Of a DNA stretch of 64,000 bases, positions 1-9,314 are shown piece after piece (positions within the stretch are counted from its first letter, which is position 1; each line of letters opens with the position of its first letter). The notes beneath the pieces are model-generated. The model made no database searches. It saw only the letters and a list, made by a program, of their open reading frames with translations, and was not told the origin of the DNA. Origin of the DNA: Histomonas meleagridis 2922-C6/04-290x. Its lineage: Eukaryota > Protista > Parabasalia. Made by a program: the position numbers and the translations under genes. The stretch covers positions 248,001 to 312,000 of the forward strand of contig JAANOX010000280.1 of the NCBI GenBank assembly GCA_020184695.1, given 5' to 3'.

Positions 1-434
1 CACGAACTTTTGAAGGTTACAAGGGAAAAATTACTATTAATGATTCCATGTATTATTGGGCTCCATGGGATTGCCCGCCTTCTGATTCTTTAGAGGTTAT
101 CCGAATGCTTTCATATGCACAAGCAGATATTTTTATGCTTTGTTTTTCAATTGTTGACAAATTATCTTTTGAAAGAATTAAAACGAAGTGGTACCCTGAA
201 ATCAAAAGTGTTTTTCATAAACCTGAAATTCTTCTTATTGGGACAAAATCAGATCTAAAACAATCCATCCCACCAGATCAATCCATTAGTAAAGATGCAG
301 CAATTAATATGGCTAAGAAAATTGACGCTTTTGATTATATTGAATGTTCATCTTTGTTAGGCGATGGTGTAAAAGAGGCTTTTGATATAGCGTTTGCAAA
401 AGCCGTACATAATAAAAAATGTTTTATTTCTTAA
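1..434 (+). CDS. Rho/Rac-family small GTPase, 5'-truncated by the window edge, atypical G3 box
   Basis: Frame open from base 3: RTFEGYKGKITINDSMYYWAPWDCPPSD..IRMLSY..ADIFMLCFSI..KWYPEI..LLIGTKSDL..YIECSS; ends in CaaX-like KKCFIS. Confidence 0.8.
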   Translation, partial: RTFEGYKGKITINDSMYYWAPWDCPPSDSLEVIRMLSYAQADIFMLCFSIVDKLSFERIKTKWYPEIKSVFHKPEILLIGTKSDLKQSIPPDQSISKDAAINMAKKIDAFDYIECSSLLGDGVKEAFDIAFAKAVHNKKCFIS

Positions 435-926
435 CAATATTTTTTCGGTGGCGACCGTTTGGATTGCAACCTTAAATCATAATGTTAAATCTGCATTTGA
501 ATTTGTTTCTATTTAAAAAAATTCATTGCTTAATGAAAATCGAAAAAAGTTTAATGATTAAATATTTTTTTAAATGTAATTTATTTAATGTTAGATTTGA
601 CTTAGGATCTTATTATATTTATACATATCATTAACTTATGATCAGACACTAATTTTCAATATTAATAATGAATCTTAATAAAAGTTATTATGATATGAAA
701 ATCAATAAAAATAACAAATTATTCTCATGGATGGTTTAGATAAAATGAATTTTCAAATATACACTTAAAGAAAAATATTTTCAAGACTGATATTAAATAT
801 TCAAATGAAAATTGTTGATTATGAAATTGTTTCTTATTGATAGATCAATAAGTTGGAAAAATTAGAACAAATTTTTATAAAAATTATGAAAGAAGAAAAA
901 TGCATATTATTTTTTATTCCATGATT

Positions 927-1520
927 TTAGTCAGACTTATTTCCGCTATGTGGGAGCACTTCTTCTGCCTTTCTGAAGAGGGAAGAGAAAACGTCTTTCA
1001 TGACCGACTTTGTCTGTACTGATGTCTGATTCTCTTTTTCGTTAGAAGAATCATCTGGTTTTTCTGATTGAACAGTATGTACTTCCTCAACTGCAGTGAG
1101 CGATGTTATAATCATTGTGGGTGCTGATAAAACATAAAACATGAAATATGACATTTTTAAAAACAATGAATGATCACTTCCAAGGAAATAAAACAACATG
1201 AAGAAAGCAGAAAACACCGTAGAAATTATACCCATTAAAAAGTCAACTCCGAGATCATTGGTAATGAAAGGAAATTTGTGAAAAACAAAATAAAGTAAAA
1301 ATCCGTTTGATGCCCAGACAAAGGCCGTTACATACATCGGGAAGCTTGATCCAATAAATAATAATGAAGACAATAAAATCAAAATAATGTAAATTTTGAT
1401 AAATTTAACAGTTGCTTTCATTTTTTCTTCAAACAACTCAGACGTATAATACCCAAGTGCAATAAGCATTGTGATTAAAATCATTAAAAATGCAAATGAT
1501 TCAAGAATAAGGAAAAACAT
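927..1520 (-). CDS. Svp26/Erv26/TEX261-like multi-pass ER-Golgi cargo adaptor
   Basis: N-terminal pattern ..IALGYYTSELFEEK..VKFIK matches the family motif (GLYYLSELVEEH); about 5 hydrophobic segments and an acidic tail. Confidence 0.6.
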   Translation of the reverse strand: MFFLILESFAFLMILITMLIALGYYTSELFEEKMKATVKFIKIYIILILLSSLLFIGSSFPMYVTAFVWASNGFLLYFVFHKFPFITNDLGVDFLMGIISTVFSAFFMLFYFLGSDHSLFLKMSYFMFYVLSAPTMIITSLTAVEEVHTVQSEKPDDSSNEKENQTSVQTKSVMKDVFSSLFRKAEEVLPHSGNKSD

Positions 1521-1648
1521 TTGGATGCGGTTTGTAATTCCAAAACTGCCATCGAACGTTTATACGATAGAATTAAAAAGTGACATTTCTTGACACATTT
1601 ATTTAAAATTTGAAATAACATAAAAAAAGATTAAATGAGCAATTACGT

Positions 1649-2344
1649 TTAGACTTCTGTGAGAAAATCTTTGATGTCTGTTGTTGAAAGAATTCTGAAG
1701 TTACGGTCCTTATCAACAATTCCAATTTCAATCAAATCTGCAGTAAGTTGTCCATCAAATCCTTCTTTAAGTGTGGAAATAGCTGTATGAATTGCATCAT
1801 CAACTGATAAGTCATCATTATATCTTCTTTCTAAAAATGTTCTTGATCCATCACTTCTCTTGCCGAGAGCAGTGGCTTTCCATGCCCAAAATGCACCGGA
1901 TGGGTCAACTTGCCAAAGAGTTGGTGTATCTTCCCAACCAATAATGAGGAGTGAAACACCAAATGGGCGAACACCACCACTTTGTGTGTATTTCTGATTG
2001 ACAGCAGCAGCTTCTTTGACAACTTCTCTTGTTGGCATTTCAACACCAAATCTTAACTTATATTTCATTGCTGTTTTTCTGATTTTTTTGACTAATACAC
2101 GATAATCGGTTACAACGCCACTATAGACGCAACCAACATTTGGGTTGATAGCTTGAATCTTCATGTTTGTGTTACGTTCAGCTAATGGAGAAATTGGTTT
2201 TGATTCACACGCAATAACTGCTCCATTCTTGGCTTTAACACCTACACATTGACCACCAAGGGAAACAGCTTTGAGAGCATGTTCAATTTGTCCTAATTTA
2301 CCTCCTGAAGAGAAAGTTGTGAGAGAGAAATCAGTATCACCCAT
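1649..2344 (-). CDS. PSMA2: 20S proteasome subunit alpha type-2
   Basis: FSLTTFSSGGKLGQIEHALKAV, YTQSGGVRPFGVSLLIIG, LWQVDPSGAFWAWKATALGK. Confidence 0.95.
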   Translation of the reverse strand: MGDTDFSLTTFSSGGKLGQIEHALKAVSLGGQCVGVKAKNGAVIACESKPISPLAERNTNMKIQAINPNVGCVYSGVVTDYRVLVKKIRKTAMKYKLRFGVEMPTREVVKEAAAVNQKYTQSGGVRPFGVSLLIIGWEDTPTLWQVDPSGAFWAWKATALGKRSDGSRTFLERRYNDDLSVDDAIHTAISTLKEGFDGQLTADLIEIGIVDKDRNFRILSTTDIKDFLTEV

Positions 2345-2404
2345 TATGGAATTTAACTGAGTTTGTTTGCATTATAGTTGGTCAGGCAAATTGCACTTTT
2401 GAAT

Positions 2405-2412
2405 AAACGGTC
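2405..2412 (-). promoter_or_regulatory. M3-like GACCGTTT upstream of PSMA2
   Basis: The same motif recurs upstream of EFHC1 (5593-5600), RPL37A (13996-14003) and TTC27 (40922-40929). Confidence 0.5.
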
Positions 2413-2444
2413 GATATAAGTCATGTGATATGAAAATACGATAG

Positions 2445-3248
2445 ATGTCTGAGGAAGAAGATTTCCCTGAGTTTGATGACAAAGATGTAAACATTAACCT
2501 TGAATTACTCTCAAACATTCAATATACACAACCAGTGTTTCGAGAAATGGAAGATTTTTCTATTTCATCTTTAATTTATCATGGAAATATGTCATCTTTA
2601 TTTCATGGTAAAATGAACGGCCAAGAAGCTATCCTTGAAGTTTGCACTCGTATTCCATTTAAGCTTGTTTGTAGAGAAATATCTCTTTTAAATGAATTAA
2701 ATAATATTCCAAACATCATCAAAATCATTGGAATTACACGCAACCCATCAATGGGAATTATTACGCTCGCGTATGAACCTTTTCCTTTTTTATCACATAT
2801 CGAAAGAATTCCACATGAAAAACTTTATAATCTTTTGATTTCCCTTCTATTTATCTTAAAGAAAATTCACAAAAAAGGTATTTGTCATGGGTGGATTTGT
2901 CGTTCTTCTGTTATGGTTTCGCCTGACTTTTCACGCGTTGTTCTTTCATCATTTCACTCAGCGGCAAAAATTGACAGTCAACGACCGTTAACTCCGAATA
3001 GCATCTGTTCGCCCGAAGATAAATGCGAAAAAGATCCTCGCAAAGATGATATATATTCTGCAGCTCTTTGGTTTCTTTCTTTCTTCAAGGATGATCCTAA
3101 AGTTGCACTGAAACAAATCGATTCTCTTCCTATCGAACAAAATCTTATAAAAGTTATCAAATTAATGACAACTTCTGACTTAGAAAAGAGGATTACTGCT
3201 GACATTGCTATTAAATATTTACAGAAATTATCTCTAATAGCAAAATAA
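2445..3248 (+). CDS. CK2-alpha-like pseudokinase
   Basis: Kinase-fold spacing (REISLLNELNNIPNIIKIIGITRNP..TLAYE..IHKKGICHG) resembles CK2, but VAIK is AILE, HRD is HGW and DWG is SFH. Confidence 0.65.
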   Translation: MSEEEDFPEFDDKDVNINLELLSNIQYTQPVFREMEDFSISSLIYHGNMSSLFHGKMNGQEAILEVCTRIPFKLVCREISLLNELNNIPNIIKIIGITRNPSMGIITLAYEPFPFLSHIERIPHEKLYNLLISLLFILKKIHKKGICHGWICRSSVMVSPDFSRVVLSSFHSAAKIDSQRPLTPNSICSPEDKCEKDPRKDDIYSAALWFLSFFKDDPKVALKQIDSLPIEQNLIKVIKLMTTSDLEKRITADIAIKYLQKLSLIAK

Positions 3249-3475
3249 ATTGTTTTTGTATTTCATAAATTCCTTTAACTCATCTATGATATAACCTTTT
3301 TTATAAAAATAAATAATTTGCTATTACAAATTTTTAATTAACTAATTTTCTGAACACATGATGAATCTTTACAGATTCACTTATTATAAATTTTTATAGT
3401 AAAAGCTTGAACCTTTTATTTAAAAGAAAATTTTTAATACAATTTTTTTTGGTTTACAAGTTTTTCATCTGAAAT

Positions 3476-3844
3476 TTAAAAAATAAGTAGATCATCATTG
3501 TTTCTTGTCAATCTTTGAATAAGCTCTTGTTGTTCAGCTAGGTGTCTAGCATTCATTTCATTGATTTGATTTCTTTGTTTTTGGAGAAGTTCTGTATATG
3601 AGGGATCGTCAATTTCATCACCGCTAGATTCATCATTTTCATGCGTAGCAGCTTCAATCTGTTTACATATCATCTCCTTTAGTTCTTTTTCTTCTTTTGG
3701 AGTTAAATTAATGTTTTCGACTAAATCTTTAACAACGTCATCAATGTTGTCATTTTTTGTATCATAATTAAAATCAATTTGAAGGTCTTCATTGTCTTGA
3801 TGAACAGTTAGATGAACTTGTACTTGGTCATTTTGTTTTGACAT
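3476..3844 (-). CDS. Small acidic protein with a WNK/OSR1 CCT-like segment and a C-terminal coiled coil
   Basis: ATG preceded by Inr-like TCAAA; LQIDFNYDTKNDNIDDVVKDLVE resembles the CCT motif IxFxFxxxxDxxxxVAxEMV. Confidence 0.45.
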   Translation of the reverse strand: MSKQNDQVQVHLTVHQDNEDLQIDFNYDTKNDNIDDVVKDLVENINLTPKEEKELKEMICKQIEAATHENDESSGDEIDDPSYTELLQKQRNQINEMNARHLAEQQELIQRLTRNNDDLLIF

Positions 3845-3865
3845 TTTGAGGTTATATGTATACTA

Positions 3866-3873
3866 AAAGTGAC
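3866..3873 (+). promoter_or_regulatory. AAAGTGAC (M2-like) in a divergent spacer
   Basis: Also at 1577-1584, 14660-14667 (minus strand) and 45025-45032, each near gene starts. Confidence 0.5.
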
Positions 3874-3917
3874 AATTTTGAGGGTGGACCTAAATTAACG
3901 AACGAAATTCTTTTGGG

Positions 3918-4670
3918 ATGAGGAAAAAAAAGCAAAAAGGAACAGAACATATCAATGAAAGGATTGCTAAACTTACAAATATTATTACCGTAGCTACAAA
4001 GGCATTGAAAGGAGCAGAAAAAAAGCAATCTGCAGCCACAAGAATTATTTTTTGGAACAAAATATTTCCCAACAATATCGTACCTCATATTTCGCCAGTG
4101 CAGCAACACTTATCTGATATTTTCCGCAGGCATAATGCAGGCTGTACTAATGCTCAACAATTTTGCTTTGAACTTTCAGTGTTTTTCATTGATTTACCCA
4201 AAGAATTCGGCAGTATTTCATCAACAATGCCAGCTCCATATTTTGTTGCTATGCAAAATGCCTTTAAAATTCTTCATTCTCACATAATGTTCCCACCAGG
4301 AAATTCAACACAAGATCTTCTCGCAAAGGCCAATGAATTGCCACCAGAAATGCTAAGTCAATTCCGAAACTTTCTTTTTGCAATGGCTTCGGATTTTTCC
4401 AATGTTGAAACGATTTCTGATCGTATTTACAATCTTGTTCCAAACGATATTTTTGACTTTTACATAAGCACGCTTCCATCATTTTTTTGGCTACATTTCT
4501 CTTTAAAATACGGAAGACCGTTACCTGATGTTTCCATTGACTTTGATCATATTCCTTTAACACTCGAATTTATTGAGGCAATATTTGACATAGAAGGAGA
4601 GCCTGCTTTAGAAGATATGATAGATCCTGATTATTTACAAAATTTAAATTTGAAATCTGGTCAAAACTAG
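3918..4670 (+). CDS. Hypothetical protein, 250 aa, helical
   Basis: Intact ORF with normal composition; divergent from the previous gene across a 73-bp spacer containing AAAGTGAC. Confidence 0.55.
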   Translation: MRKKKQKGTEHINERIAKLTNIITVATKALKGAEKKQSAATRIIFWNKIFPNNIVPHISPVQQHLSDIFRRHNAGCTNAQQFCFELSVFFIDLPKEFGSISSTMPAPYFVAMQNAFKILHSHIMFPPGNSTQDLLAKANELPPEMLSQFRNFLFAMASDFSNVETISDRIYNLVPNDIFDFYISTLPSFFWLHFSLKYGRPLPDVSIDFDHIPLTLEFIEAIFDIEGEPALEDMIDPDYLQNLNLKSGQN

Positions 4671-5058
4671 AATTCAAATTTCCTAAATCAAACCTGGAAG
4701 TCCTCTTTCCATCAGATGTAGTACAACATCTAATGCTTATTTCAATTTAAAAATCGTTTGAAATGAAATAAACATTAATAGGTAATAACATTCCATAAAT
4801 TGACACAGGCCATTCACCAAATACTAGTTTATATGTATATATATATATATAAATGAATAAATTATAAAAGAATATAAATTATATTTTCATATGAATTTGT
4901 ATCAAGTTAATTATTCAAAGCTTTTAACATCACACAAGATTATTTTTATTTTTGTTTGGATTAAAAATTTTTGTTTTCCTTTCTTGGTGAAGAAGATTTT
5001 TTTGGGAATACGTTATAGAAAACCGCTAGTTTTCAATACAATTTGTCGGTTTGGCCGT

Positions 5059-5064
5059 CCTTTT
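5059..5064 (+). promoter_or_regulatory. CCTTTT M5-like initiation element of RPS14
   Basis: 5 nt upstream of the ATG; the same motif sits at the same place before RPL37A and RPS17. Confidence 0.6.
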
Positions 5065-5069
5065 ACAAG

Positions 5070-5540
5070 ATGTCTAAGCCAACTGTTGAAGCCAAACAGC
5101 AAACAACAAAGAAAACAAAGGAAGAAGCTTATGTTGGTCCAAGCAAGGCACAAAACGAGATTGCCCTTGGTGTAGCTCACATTTATGCAACAAAGAACGA
5201 TACTTTCATTCATGTTACAGATCTTTCAGGTGCAGAAACACTTGTTAAAGTTACAGGTGGTATGGTTGTTAAAGCACAACGTGATCAATCCACGCCATAT
5301 GCTGCTATGCTTGCAGCTCAAATGGTTGCAGCACGTCTTAAGACAATGGGTATTGATGGTCTTCACATTAAGTTCTCAGGTAAAGGTGGTTCATCACGTC
5401 GTCTTCCAGCCCAAGGTGCACAAAGTGCTCTTCGTGCATTAGCTCGTGCAGGTCTTAAGATTGGACGTATTGAAGATGTTACACCACTTCCACATGATTC
5501 AACACGTCGTAAGGGCGGTCGCCGTGGTAGAAGACTTTAA
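5070..5540 (+). CDS. RPS14: 40S ribosomal protein S14 (uS11)
   Basis: [51 protein letters not shown]; the true ATG is taken as 5070 (the track start at 5043 is TTG). Confidence 0.97.
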   Translation: MSKPTVEAKQQTTKKTKEEAYVGPSKAQNEIALGVAHIYATKNDTFIHVTDLSGAETLVKVTGGMVVKAQRDQSTPYAAMLAAQMVAARLKTMGIDGLHIKFSGKGGSSRRLPAQGAQSALRALARAGLKIGRIEDVTPLPHDSTRRKGGRRGRRL

Positions 5541-5657
5541 AATCGCAAATTTCCAATGCATTTCATTTTTTTAGGTAAAGGATTGGGTGCATAACCGTTT
5601 TTAATTCAAAAAGTTTCTTTAAGAACCGTTAAAGTACGTTTTGTACGTTACATTAAA

Positions 5658-7445
5658 ATGAGTCTTCCTCTTCTTCCTGGTTATACTTTCCCAGACCCAA
5701 CTCGAACACGATTTCATAAAAGCCAAGCCTTCACATTTAAAAATGGTGTTCCTGCAATTAATGAAACAGCACCAGGAATTGGTGGAACTCTTCTTCCAGG
5801 ACAACAACCACCTAAAGAAGCTATTTCTTCGACTACAGTTTATAATCAATTTCATGCTTCTCAAAACATAAGTTCGGGAGAAACAGTTCCTGCATGGGTA
5901 GCTTTTGGATCTCAAGTATTAAGATTTTATGGTTACTTTAAAGAACCTGTTTTTTCAAGCCAAGTTGAGAATTATAGGGTTCGTCATGTTACTATTTTAT
6001 TTTTCCTTGAAGATGATACAATTCAAATTCTTGAACCACAACAAAAGAATTCTGGCATCCCACAAGGCACATTTCTCCGACGACATCGCGCTCGTAAGGA
6101 TGATGATTCCTATGTCACCATTGCTGATTTTACTGTTGGTGGTGAATTCACATTATATGGCCGTACATTTTTCATTTCAAGTTGTGATGACTTTACACGT
6201 GAATTCATGGAAAAGCTCAATCGTCCAATGGGAGATCTTTCCACAGTTCCTGATGATCCATACATTCAAAAACGTATGTTAAATGAATATGCCGAAACAC
6301 ATCGCCAACGCGGAGTTGTCAAACCCGAAATGTTAAAGCTTCGACAGTTCTTATCTAATGATGGTCATGTCTTACGATTTTATGCATATTGGGATGATCG
6401 TACAAATGCATTTGGTAACATTCGAAACTTTGTTCTTCATTATTTCTTAGCTGATGACACTATGGAAGTTGTCGAAGTGTTAAAATCTAATGATGGCCGT
6501 GATCCATTTCCAGTTTTTGTTCGACGTTCACAAGTTCCCAAAGAAGTATTACCATTAAGTGAAAATGATCCACGTTTTTTGTCTGCTGATCATTACTATC
6601 GTCCATTAGATCTTAAGATTGGGTACACCATAAACATATTAAATCGTCCGATGTTTATCTATGACTGTGATCCATATACACGTAATTGGTATAAACAAAA
6701 CTATGGATTCACTGATAAAGAGATGGAAAAGATTGAGCCTCCTCAAACGAAAACTAAAGCGACAGTTAAAATGGAAATTCCGCCGCCATCATTAATTGGT
6801 AATGATGAAGATACAATACGTAATGTAATGTCATTACATCCGAAGCCTGCACCTAAAGATCAAGTTAAACTTGTTACGAAAATGGGACAAGTTTTACGTT
6901 TCAATGCTAAAATGATCACGCGAAATACAGTTGATGCATCACGACGATTTATTATTACGTTCTATTTAAGTGATGATACATTACAAATATTCGAACCACA
7001 ACAAAGAAATAGCGGAATCATTGGCGGTAAGTTCTTACAAAGAGCGAAAATGAAGAACATTGATACAAATGAATACTTCAAGGCACAAGACTTCGAAGTA
7101 GGGAAAGTGATAACTGTGAATAACATTAAGTTCCAATTGCTCGAAGCAACTGAATACGCGTTGTCGTACATGGAGGCGGACCCTGATAACTTCCCTCAGG
7201 CGGATTTGTTCGAAATAGTGAACAAGTTAAGGGCTGCGATTAGAGCGTCTGGGAAAACGCCTAAGGATTTGTTTAATAGATATAGCGCTGGAGGAAGAAT
7301 GGACGTCGAAGGACTCCTCGATTTGGCAAAGGATGTGAGTTGTACAATGTCGTATCATGAGGCAGTAACAATAATGAGAAGATATCAAAATGATAATGAT
7401 ACCAAAACTTTCACATTACGTGAATTCCTTTCGTTCGCACAATAA
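5658..7445 (+). CDS. EFHC1: EFHC1/Rib72 axonemal protein (three DM10 domains plus an EF-hand-like tail)
   Basis: Three repeats of VLRFY..F..xDDT..I.EP..NSG..GxFL; N-terminus MSLPLLPGYTFPDPTRTRFHKSQ. Confidence 0.9.
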   Translation: MSLPLLPGYTFPDPTRTRFHKSQAFTFKNGVPAINETAPGIGGTLLPGQQPPKEAISSTTVYNQFHASQNISSGETVPAWVAFGSQVLRFYGYFKEPVFSSQVENYRVRHVTILFFLEDDTIQILEPQQKNSGIPQGTFLRRHRARKDDDSYVTIADFTVGGEFTLYGRTFFISSCDDFTREFMEKLNRPMGDLSTVPDDPYIQKRMLNEYAETHRQRGVVKPEMLKLRQFLSNDGHVLRFYAYWDDRTNAFGNIRNFVLHYFLADDTMEVVEVLKSNDGRDPFPVFVRRSQVPKEVLPLSENDPRFLSADHYYRPLDLKIGYTINILNRPMFIYDCDPYTRNWYKQNYGFTDKEMEKIEPPQTKTKATVKMEIPPPSLIGNDEDTIRNVMSLHPKPAPKDQVKLVTKMGQVLRFNAKMITRNTVDASRRFIITFYLSDDTLQIFEPQQRNSGIIGGKFLQRAKMKNIDTNEYFKAQDFEVGKVITVNNIKFQLLEATEYALSYMEADPDNFPQADLFEIVNKLRAAIRASGKTPKDLFNRYSAGGRMDVEGLLDLAKDVSCTMSYHEAVTIMRRYQNDNDTKTFTLREFLSFAQ

Positions 7446-7491
7446 ATTTTTTCTGGTTTTTGGTTTAATAAATAATTACTCGTAAAAATTA

Positions 7492-7520
7492 TAGGGGGTG
7501 GAAAAAGTGCGTTCGTCAGC
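7492..7520 (+). repeat. Mariner TIR (downstream of the transposase)
   Basis: TAGGGGGTGGAAAAAGTGCGTTCGTCAGC. Confidence 0.9.
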
Positions 7521-7565
7521 CTTTTTTTTAATGAATAAAAAAGTAAAAGAAATTTTGTTTATTTA

Positions 7566-8635
7566 TTATGATATGTATTCACCTTGAGTTTCAATTGTAA
7601 TTAAAAGTCTGTTCATCCATTCATTATATACGGCTCTGAAGGTGTCTTTAGGAATATTATACAGTAATGTTTCAACCTTTTGAAAAAGTTGATCTTCATT
7701 TTCAAACTCCTCACCTTCGAGCATTTTTTTTAGATATCCGAACAGAAAAAAGTCAGAAGGTGCGAGGTCTGGCGAAAACGGGGGTTGCGGAAGTCTTTTG
7801 ATCCCCAATTCATTCAATTTTTCATGAACCAAATGAGGCCGGGCGTTATCCATATGCAAAAAATATCCATTCGTTGAAATTCTTTTTGCCAAATCTCCAA
7901 GTACAACTTCAGAAAAAAAAATTCGATTAAATTTTTGGCCTATCGGTAGCATTGTTATTGATTTGATACCAGTTATAGACCATATAACAGATACTATTAC
8001 TTTTTTGGAGGCAATAGTTTGTTTGGGTTTGTATGGTTTTTGCACTCCAGATTCAATCCACATCGAGTTTCTCCCGTTAACAAAATAAATCCAGGTTTCA
8101 TCTTGCGTCAATATGTGTCTTAGTTTGTAGTCATTTGAACTAGAAAGGAATTCAAATTATTCAGAAGCAATGGCAGCTTTTTTGGCTTTAATTTCTATAG
8201 TCAACTTATGTGGGATCCATTTGAAGTGAACTTTTTTCATCCCTAAAATATTAATCATTATATTTTTCACTGTTTTTGGATCTGCGCCTACATTCTTCGC
8301 AATTTTTTTCGTCGATGCATATGGATAACTTAATATAAGATTAATTATTTTTTGATCTAAATCTGATCTTCTTGGTCTCCCTGTTTTTTTCGATTCGTAA
8401 ATTGAGAAGGTATGTTCATTCATCTTTTTTGTCCATTTCTGAATCGTTCGAAGTGTAATAATATTATCACCATATACAGCACATAATCGCCTATATATGT
8501 CTTGATTTTCATTTGATTCTAACCGAAGGAAATGGACAACAGAACGTAATTCCTCAATTGGAACTGATCTTAAAATGATTAAACGTTCTCTTTCAGTAGT
8601 ATCCTGAAAAAAAGTAGTTTTACTTCATGCATCAT
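7566..8635 (-). pseudogene. Mariner transposase, disrupted
   Basis: HTH region (ELRSVVHFL..VYGDNIITLRTIQKW), KWIPHKL (WVPHEL-like), TQDETW, HMDNARPH, FSPDLAPSDFFLF. In-frame TAA at 8157-8159 and a probable 1-nt indel in a T7 run near 8607-8613. Confidence 0.9.
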
Positions 8636-8742
8636 ATTTACTTGGAAAAAAGTATTATAATAATAATGATAATATATTTATTGTAAATTTTATTTATATA
8701 ATTAAATTTCATTAATATCTAATATAAATCAAAAAAAAAAAA

Positions 8743-8771
8743 GCTGACGAACGGACTTTTTCCAGTCCCTA
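8743..8771 (-). repeat. Mariner TIR (upstream of the transposase)
   Basis: Reverse complement reads TAGGGACTGGAAAAAGTCCGTTCGTCAGC. Confidence 0.9.
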
Positions 8772-9314
8772 TACATCGGTTATGTATTTTGATTTTAGTT
8801 GATTTCTTATTTTTTATTTCCTAAAACGTTATACAAAATTTGAGATTTTCGAATTTCCCATGTACTGATGTAATTCAGCTTTTCCACTTCTGAAAACAAA
8901 ATATATTTATTAATATCAAATTCGTTTTGAAATGTAATTTCGCTCAATGACCTTATCAAACACTTAAATTGATATAATTATTTGTTTTTATTCTTCTTTT
9001 TTTCTTATATATTGTGAAAAAAAATAATTTTGAATTTTTTTAAAATTGATTTGTCACTTCGTTCAAAAATTCTTATATTCTTATATGTCTTCTTAATGGA
9101 TAGGAATAGGTTTTCGCTACCCCTATGATGCGAAATTAAAGTAATATGACGACGATAGAAAGCCCCCATTCAATTTATGATCGGTATAGGACTCGAATTC
9201 CAAAGAACGGGTATCCCAAATTCTTGTCAACATAAAAGTGACAAGTTCAATTACAATAATTTATGTGCACTTTTCGATTGTCAAATAAATACAAAAGTTA
9301 AATTGAATGGTTTA

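Larger units (their letters stand above)
7492..8771 (-). mobile_element. Tc1/mariner DNA transposon, 1280 bp, non-autonomous
   Basis: 29-bp TIRs (26/29 identical) flanked by TA at 7490-7491 and 8772-8773; encloses a mariner transposase. The ends could be shifted by 2 nt because TATA is ambiguous. Confidence 0.92.

Noticed and set aside
453-605. M3-like motif and TCAT followed by a ~40-codon ORF
   Set aside because: Low-complexity AT-rich translation with no recognisable homology.
1831-2049. Many short ORF-track entries nested in or antisense to real genes (e.g. 1831-2049, 2978-3205, 5185-5442, 13641-13982, 41604-42119, 56000-56305)
   Set aside because: Shadow ORFs of genuine CDSs, with no independent motifs.
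3358-3471. Possible C/D snoRNA (ATGATGA ... CTGA with an internal 7-bp hairpin)
   Set aside because: No terminal stem or identifiable rRNA guide, and it overlaps the 3' ends of convergent genes.
8604-8623. 20-nt GT-AG mini-intron (GTAAAACTACTTTTTTTCAG) that would restore the transposase N-terminus
   Set aside because: It is shorter than the roughly 25-nt short parabasalid introns I know of and lacks a clear branch site; a 1-nt indel in the T7 run explains it more simply.
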